From: Macrostomum lignano
Lineage: Eukaryota
Assembly (NCBI GenBank): GCA_002269645.1
Contig: NIVC01004086.1
Span: 1-61,135, forward strand
Direction of reading: 5' to 3'
DNA: 61,135 nt
The notes beneath the pieces were generated by a model. That model was not told where the DNA came from and did not search any database. It saw only the letters and a list, made by a program, of their open reading frames with translations. This document shows, piece after piece, positions 54,030 through 61,135 of the stretch; position 1 is the stretch's first letter; every line of letters begins with the position of its first letter. A program made the translations under genes and the position numbers.

Positions 54030-57000
54030 AGTGTCTGTCTGTCTGTCAGCGTCTGTCTGTCTGTCTGACGCCCCATATAGCCGGTAACCAACTACAGTCC
54101 TATAAAGTTTCCTTGATTTTTCTCTGGCATCGAAACAACCCGCAGTGATTTTATGATGTACGTCAATAAAGACTTGCACACTTTTTATCTCAGCAATTCT
54201 TCAAGTATAATAAAGATTTATGTATTAGAACCTTTGTTGCCGTGCGACCCTAGATCATGGAGCGAACCCCCGCCCCATTCAGTAAAGAGCACACTATCGC
54301 GTTGAACCAATTTCAGCGGAGCAAACAAGGCACACAAAACACACACGAGCACTAAACCCGAGTCCTAGTTGAGTTCACCAACAAAACTGTGCTCAGTACC
54401 TCCCAACGAGCTGTTTGACAGAATAAAAGACAGCCAAAGAGACAGATAAGGCAACTGTTCTTGTAGTCTTTCGGTTCCTTCCAGTTTGAACTGTGGAACC
54501 AAGGGCCTGGTCAGTGCAAAGCAGCAATGGCACGATAAATGACCACGATAAGCAGAAAAGGTGAGCGCAGGGTAATATCAATAGAAGTCAAGGCTTATTG
54601 CTGCCTCTAGGAGAGACAAGATGAAAGACATGCGACACAAGTTCAAAGAAAACAAAAAATAAATTTTATTGACGATCAACAAGTCTGCATAATTCTGGAA
54701 ATTTCAGTGCCAGTAGCAGAGCCTAAATAGTTCAGGATTCGGGTGCGATGACAGACAGACTGACTGACGTCTGACGAAAACACAAAAAGGCAGCTGGCAG
54801 CAACCAAAAGCATGAGACAGCAGCAGCTCACCCCGCTCCTGCCGGAAGCAGTGAGGCACAACATCCAGGTGCATGCCCTTGGCCTCGGGCCAACGCTCGT
54901 ACTTCTTGTCGAGCACTTCGCCGCTGCAGCTGTACCAGCCAGAGTTCAGCACCGTCAGGTTGGCCAGCGTCACCTCGAGAACGCCGTCCTGACTGCGGCC
55001 CGAGGCGATGACGAAGCGGGAGCCGATCCAGAGGCCCGAGCTGCTGTTCAGGGAGTAGCTGCCCAGGACAGTGGCTGACAGGGTGGGGAGAATTGAGAAT
55101 GGGATTTTCAACGGAACGGTCTTAGGATTTGCGGCCTGGGCTTTTTGACTAAGACTTACGGCTTTGCGTGAATTTATGAGAGACAATGATATGCTGAGAG
55201 ATGAAAATCGGGATCCCGAGATTAGACTCAGCAAGGGAATCGGGATCCCGGGATTAGACTCAGCAAGGGAATCGGGATCCCGGGATTAGACTCAGGATGG
55301 GAATTGGGATCCTGAGATTAGACTCAGAATGGGAATCGGGATCCTGAGATTAGACTCAGGATGGGAATCGGGATCCTGAGATAGATTAGACTCAGAATGA
55401 GAATCGGGATCCTGAGATTAGACTCAGGATGGGAATCGGGATCCTGAGATTAGACTCAATGGGAATCGGGATCCCGAGATTAGACTCAGAATGGGAAGTG
55501 GAATCCCGAGATGAGATTCGATCAGGGTTAGATTCGGGATCCCATTAGAACCCTATAGACGCATAGTTGCTAAGGCGTGGCCTTATCTGATGGACATTCT
55601 CAGGCACTTAACAAGAGAATAGCAAGGGATCCTGGCCTAAAAGTACTTAGATAGAGACTCAGTCAGCAGCAGTTACCGTTGGCATCGAAGTCAGCAGCAG
55701 CGGGCAGGAATCGGATTTGCATCTTGGCGAAGCTGGGCCTGATGCGGCACACCAGGGTGAGGCTGGATCCGGCGCACTTGCTGGTGTTGCTGCTGAAGCT
55801 GATTGTCGGGATCCGCAGCTCCTGGGGCCACACGCGCCGAGGCGGCTTCGTCGACAGCGGAGGCGACGTTGCCGGCCCGTTGGCGGACGGGGCGACGGCG
55901 CGCGGGGCGGAGGGGACCAACACGGAGGGAACTGACAGGGCACGAAAGGGCGGCGTCTTAAAAGCCAGCGAGCCGTTGAGCCGAACTTTGCAGCTGAAGA
56001 CGAGGCAGGATTTGGGCAGAGCATAGTTATAAACCCCAGCTCATAGTAGTTGATATTTGCGCGCCTGGTCTAGACGAAAGTAAGTGACTGGAAGATAGGA
56101 GCAATTTAACAATCTAGACAAGCAGGCGTTGACCGAGAACAAGAACCTGGGAACACCACAGCACAGGATCAGAGGACAAGGGATCAGATTACTAAGGGGC
56201 TACGTGACAAGACACCAGGAAACATGGGATCAGGGGACAAGGGACAAGGGGACAAGGGACCAGGGGACAAGGGACAAAGGACCAGGGGACAAGGGACAAG
56301 GGGACAAGGGGACAAGGGACCAGGGGACAATGGACAAGGGGACAAGGGATAAAGGACCAGAGGACAAGGGACCAGGGGACAGTCAGGACAGGATATGACA
56401 CAATTAAAGCTAAGGCCAACCTGATTACTGAAAACTGCTAAATACAATTCTTATCGATGCAAGGAAGGAATTAGTTAAAGAGGCTGGACAATGGACTCAC
56501 CTGTAGATCCCAATCGTGTCCCTGGTGACTTGAATCTGCACACTTGATTTGTAGCACTCCAGACGGTTCTGCAGCTCCCTGGGGATGCTGAACACTCCCA
56601 GATCATCTGGCTGGCAGGGCACCTGTAGAATCGAACTCGGGCCCACCGGCTCGATTGGCGGATGCAGACGGCGCCTCCCGTTGGACTCCTGCAGCCAGCG
56701 GACACTCGGGGGTGCCGCCGGCGTGGCTGCAGAGGACGGCCTCAGGACCAGCAGCCTGAAGTTTAGCCTCGATGGAGCGTTCAGAGAGCCGAGCTGGTTA
56801 TAGAAATCACTTTTGCGAGACAGGTAGGCTCTGCCGGGGCTCTGCTTCATCTCAGCTGGGCTGGCCAGGCGCAACAATTCCCTGATTAGAGGCGGATGGA
56901 CAGGTAGCAGCCGCCGCGTGGCGGGATACATGCCGTCCACTGCGATGGTGGTGCTGGCCTGGACGGGACAGGCTCGGAGGGGCTGGCCGGGCTGGCACAG

Positions 57001-59454
57001 GCTGCAGGTGTAGGTGCCGGCCAGCTCAGGTGTTACTAGAGACATGATGAGCTCGCTCTTCTTGCTGCGAGTTTTCTGCTTCAGCCCGAGATATGGACTC
57101 CAGCTGCGGAGGGTGAGACAGGGGGTCCACAGGTAAAATTCCAAATATAGCTTTTAATACGGATCAGGGAAACTAATTTGCAAGCTTTAGGCTTAAATTT
57201 CATTGCCTGCGAAAGGCGCCTTTAATAAGTAATACTTCATAAATAAAAAATAGGCAAGTTCTGTTCCTAAACTGCCGAGGCAAATGAAGATAAGACCTCA
57301 TTCAGATCCTGGGGAAAGTTCAGATCTCCAAGGGCAAGGTCAAATCCCATTCAGATCCCGAGGCGAGTTCAGATCCCAACCCAAAGCCAGATCCCGAGGC
57401 GAGTTCAGATCCCAACCCAAAGCCAGATCCCGGGGCGAGTTCAGATCCCAAGGCCAGATCCCGGGGAGAGTTCAGATCCCAAGGCCAGATCCCGGTCCCG
57501 GGCCGAGTTCAGATCCCAAGGCCAGACCTCGGGCGAGTTCAGATCCCAAGGCCAGATCCCGAAGCGAGTTCAGATCCCAAAGCCAGATCCCGAAGCGAGT
57601 TCAGATCCCAAGGCCAGATCCCGAAGCGAGTTCAGATCCCAAAGTAAGATCCCGGGGAGAGTTCAGATCCCAAAGTAAGATCCCGGGGCGAGTTCAGATC
57701 CCAAGGCCAGATCCCGGGGCGAGTTCAGATCCCAAAGTCAGACACAGAAAGTGACAGACTTACAAATGCGAGCTGTTTTCTTCGCCAACCGCCATCGAAG
57801 ACCCATCCGAGCCGAACTGGATCGGCGCTCCATCCTTTGACCAGCGGACGGCCTCCTTGCCGACTCTGCAGCGCCTCACTTTGCAAACAATAGCGGCGTT
57901 GGTTGAATAATTAACAAAAGATGAATTCTCGGTAATTCTGAGTCTGCATCCTTCCAGATGTGGCTGCCTGGCTGCTGCTGTTGCCAGCAGCAATAGGCTT
58001 GCTGCAGTTGAAAGCAGTGGGTTTTGGGTTTGTGAAAGTTAAATGCAACACAAACTCAAAAAGTCTAATAATCATGATATACAGGTAAACGGCAGGAGTA
58101 ACTATCTATTTGTTTATAATACGCAATGCTTCGCCAGCTAATAAGCAAATTCTAGAACGTGTGCTTGTGCACACAAGAAAGTTGAATGAAGTTTATTCTT
58201 ACCCCAGAAATAATACTCGTACATGATATACTGCTGCTTTAGAAGGCCAGAAAAGTTGATCGAGGCGGATTGCTGGAGTAACTAAGGCAAAATATAAAAT
58301 TGAGGCCCGAAGACCAGGAGCCGTAGCGAAGATTTTCTTGCTCAAAGGGGCCTCCCTAATGCTTTTATATGGTCCGCGGATCTAATATCGACCTGTGTAA
58401 AGGGTGATGGGGTATGCAACTAAAGCTAAACCCACACCATACATACCCAACCGTATTCGGGTAAAAAAATACGCAACAATAGCGATACTCAATCAGGGGG
58501 AATTTGTGTTCACAAGCTCAGCCACATAGGTAACAAGATCGATCGACACGATAGCACCTGGCAATTCAGTTTTGGATGGTTATGTGCTAGACGCAGGCAG
58601 GCAGATACCGGCAAAGTGAATGCTCAGATTCTTTGAGATCAAGTATATACTTGGAATCGGTTATATCACGACTTTGATCAAAAACTGATTATGGCGATGG
58701 CGCAATCATGTCAAAAGCTGGATCAAAATCGAGACATCTCTGCGTGCATGTACATGGATGGATATTACATGAATTCAATTAGCCGCAATCGAAGCATATT
58801 CTATAAAAATGTACTATTTAATTGCTAAGACTTGAAATTGTGATTTTTATAGCATTTTTTTAAACTAAAAAATTCGCCAATCGGGCCTGCCATTGAGTCT
58901 AGTGTGCTGTGTGCGTGAGCAGTCAAGTCGGTCAATGCCAATGGTCTGGACTTTTGTTTAGTCGATCTTCTTATATCTAAGACAAAGTGAAGTGTGACAA
59001 GGTGAATGTGCTCTTGTCTTAATTTCCGCGTCTCGAATACACAATTGACACAAACACTGTGTTTTTCTTGCAAACACACTAAGTAAGTATATAATTATAT
59101 TAGAATTCAAATAGAATAATAATACTATTGTAATAACTGAACCGACTGAGGGCTAATCGAGCTTGCCTTGCAGGCAGGGCAAATTGGATTGGTAAAAAGT
59201 AGACGAAAAGTTTAGCGCATGAAAATTGAAACACAAGATCGTGTGTGTGTTGTAATCGTATTGAATTTGTGTGTGCAGTGTGTGTGGGCTGTTTAATGCT
59301 TGATTGAAGTCTCGAGACTATAACTATCTACACTAGAGTGGTCAGAATTGTAATTTCTTGTAGTGTGATGAACAGTGCTGTTTGATGCGCATGCACAATG
59401 CGAATTAATAAAAAATTAAAGCTTACCAAGAACAACAATAGCAATTTTCTTCAT
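42998..59454 (-). CDS. Receptor tyrosine kinase, FGFR-like (signal peptide, 3 predicted Ig domains, TM, kinase), 915 aa
   Basis: Exons 59454-59427, 58001-57764, 57103-56501, 55993-55677, 55074-54832, 53643-53226, 52951-52842, 51941-51825, 48871-48663, 48410-48273, 46564-46494, 43253-42998. All GT-AG with matching phases, total 2748 nt. Signal [20 protein letters not shown]; Ig motifs VRWSKDG...AGTYTC, GIYSC, LTLVC...SGWYSC; [25 protein letters not shown]; kinase [91 protein letters not shown]. Confidence 0.93.
43330..43655. repeat. Degenerate minisatellite (gagatgggatttcatggattt-like), last RTK intron, acceptor-proximal
   Basis: Visible degenerate units. Confidence 0.8.
45575..46408. repeat. 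33-bp minisatellite (gagataccggttgactcgagggattcacggttt), ~25 copies with a 99-bp higher-order period
   Basis: Period of 33 measured. Variants ctcgag/ctcaag/tttaag cycle in threes. Confidence 0.95.
47178..48248. repeat. ~1.07-kb (TATC)n/(GATA)n microsatellite with TGTC variants, RTK intron
   Basis: Directly visible, ending 24 bp from the donor at 48272. Confidence 0.98.
51290..51805. repeat. 29/30-bp minisatellite (gtcccatatcgagtcccaag[a/g]gtctcgta[a]), RTK intron, donor-proximal
   Basis: About 17 visible units in two sub-blocks. Confidence 0.95.
52995..53150. repeat. Degenerate G-rich (plus strand) repeat in a 274-bp RTK intron
   Basis: Recurring ggggattagcagtggggat-like units. Confidence 0.7.
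53855..54068. repeat. (CTGT)n/(GACA)n microsatellite, RTK intron
   Basis: Directly visible. Confidence 0.95.
55205..55530. repeat. ~32-bp minisatellite (gggaatcgggatcctgagattagactcaggat), RTK intron
   Basis: About 10 visible units. Confidence 0.9.
56230..56380. repeat. GGGACAAG-based simple repeat, RTK intron
   Basis: Directly visible. Confidence 0.85.
57300..57738. repeat. 31-36-bp minisatellite (gagttcagatcccaaggccagatcccggggc), RTK intron 2
   Basis: Visible units ending ~25 bp from the donor at 57763. Confidence 0.9.
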
Positions 59455-59465
59455 GATGGAATCAT
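59451..59465 (-). promoter_or_regulatory. 4-codon uORF whose stop overlaps the RTK start codon (ATGA)
   Basis: Sense strand reads ...ttcag|tgtgtaaggac ATG ATT CCA TC-ATG-Aag. The uORF TGA (59453-59451) overlaps the main ATG (59454-59452), with a strong acceptor at 59477. Confidence 0.55.
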
Positions 59466-61135
59466 GTCCTTACACACTGAAGAGAAAAGGTAGGTTGAAA
59501 ACTGCAAGGTTATAGTAGTGGCTCCCTCGGGGTCCCAGTTGATTTCTTACAGGCCAATGTAGTGAGCAGACCAGTTTAGGGAGGGGGTGGGTGTGGGCTA
59601 CAGCCAACCAAAAGCTAGGGTTGAGGCCAGTTTATCGATTAGACCCCCGGAGCGCCGGGGTGGGTGACTTGAGTGAGGGGAGACGAAATAAGGCCCCGGC
59701 CCCCTTTTTATTTCGCGGATCGAGTCCCAAACGAGAAGTGTCGTAAACTTTACCAAGACTCAATAGGAATTTTCCTATGTGGTTCTGTTCTGTCCTTTCT
59801 TCGGGAGCCCATTATATATATACTTTAATTATAAAAGTATATAATACTCCTTATAAGTTTAAACAGTCTCTTTACGCCCGCTCCTTAAAATCACGCGTTT
59901 GTTACTAGCTTTGCCTTTGGCAAGACAATAATTGCAAATTAACACGAAAATAGACAGACACAGGTCAATAAAATAATTTCAGATTGGATTTGGAAAAACT
60001 GCTAATTGCAACTTGCAAGCAAACATTCTTTCTTTATCACTGAATCTTGGCTTCACTTATGCGCTACTGCCCAACTTTTCAGTTTAGACAATCGGCCTCC
60101 GTCTCATTTTGAGTAAAAGTGCTGCTCTTTAACTAGAGAAATTAGTTTCTGGAGTTCCTCAATCATAAAAAATTATGCATTACTTCTCGAGAGCGTCCAC
60201 AGATATTACTCGTAGCTTTTAATGTCGTGTTCCCAACTTCCCACCTCCCTTCCACCTCACTATTGCTTCAAAAATGTACAAACTAAGATTAATAAAATTT
60301 AAATGGTCGTCTCGTCTCATGACCCCCTCCACCAATCTACGAGCTCTACCTGTGCTCGATCTACCTGTTTGTAAGGGGATCCGGATTTCCAAGAAGTCAC
60401 AAATTTCCAGGCTAGAGTTCCAGTTTTTGTTTCGTGCATGCCTGGGGACCGAGAGTGTTGCGCTTTCACCCTTTCATCTACAGGTGATCTATTTGAGCTA
60501 TATGTTATTAAGCAAAATATGCCTAATTTCGGTGAGCATGAGCACAATCGCCACTAGCAGATTTTCTGCTAGCAAAGTTCATAAGACCTGATCGAGGCTG
60601 ATTAGCTACTTCAATCAAGCATTTTTTTACTTATCTATCTTCAGAGGTGCAATAAATGTAATTGCGGCCTTATCTTTATCTGTAGTCTAATCTTAGTTAT
60701 GAGGCTTTTCAGAACTTATAGCGCAGGATGGACAGGATGGACAATTATCTCAATTATAATTATCTCAATTGTCCCAATTAAAACGACTAAAAGATAAGTT
60801 TGCTTCTCAGATTAAGTGTGCCCTATAGTTTGTCATCGTAAGCCTTAATAAGGTATTTTATTAAAAACTTTGAATCGTAATTGAACCGTAATTACTGGAA
60901 GTTATGCCCACCTCGCTTTACCTCCATCTTTCACCTGCTAATCAATAAAATAACCAAAAGTGAAACAGTTAACACATCTCGATGGAAAATTATTTGTTGC
61001 ACACACATTATTTTGCATGTTCTATTTAAATTCACAGTTATCTGACACAGGAAATCATTGATAACATAATTGCTTATTATGATGTACATAGTTATTAATC
61101 GTGAATAAACAGCTAGTTAATAAATCCGTATAAAA

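Overview
Eukaryotic (animal) genomic DNA with spliceosomal introns. GC-rich exons encoding poly-Ala/Gln tracts and introns filled with minisatellites resemble the flatworm Macrostomum (inference only, not testable here). Gene models built by hand from splice sites and frame: (1) GH99 endo-alpha-mannosidase (MANEA-like, +, ~1272-3632) broken by 5 single-base deletions and an in-frame stop; (2) HIPK kinase (+, 11748-18361, 4 exons, ~909 aa); (3) Slob/PXK-family pseudokinase (-, 22193->=27620) with a predicted N-terminal transmembrane helix, a C-terminal Pro-rich/WH2 tail and a probable GC-AG intron; (4) three intronless PP1-like genes (-, 30497-39454) with degenerate catalytic motifs, the middle copy being a chimera of the outer two within a ~3.9-kb tandem duplication; (5) an FGFR-like receptor tyrosine kinase with 3 predicted Ig domains (-, 42998-59454, 12 coding exons, 915 aa). 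Also present: hAT and mariner remnants, two solo-LTR-like inserts, a TIR element, a ZMYM/Crypton-like relic and about 20 tandem arrays. No rRNA, tRNA or CRISPR was seen. Most long ORFs in the supplied track are artefacts of tandem repeats. Best leads: the chimeric PPP pseudophosphatase trio, the membrane-anchored WH2 pseudokinase, and intron-specific minisatellites that abut or even supply splice sites.
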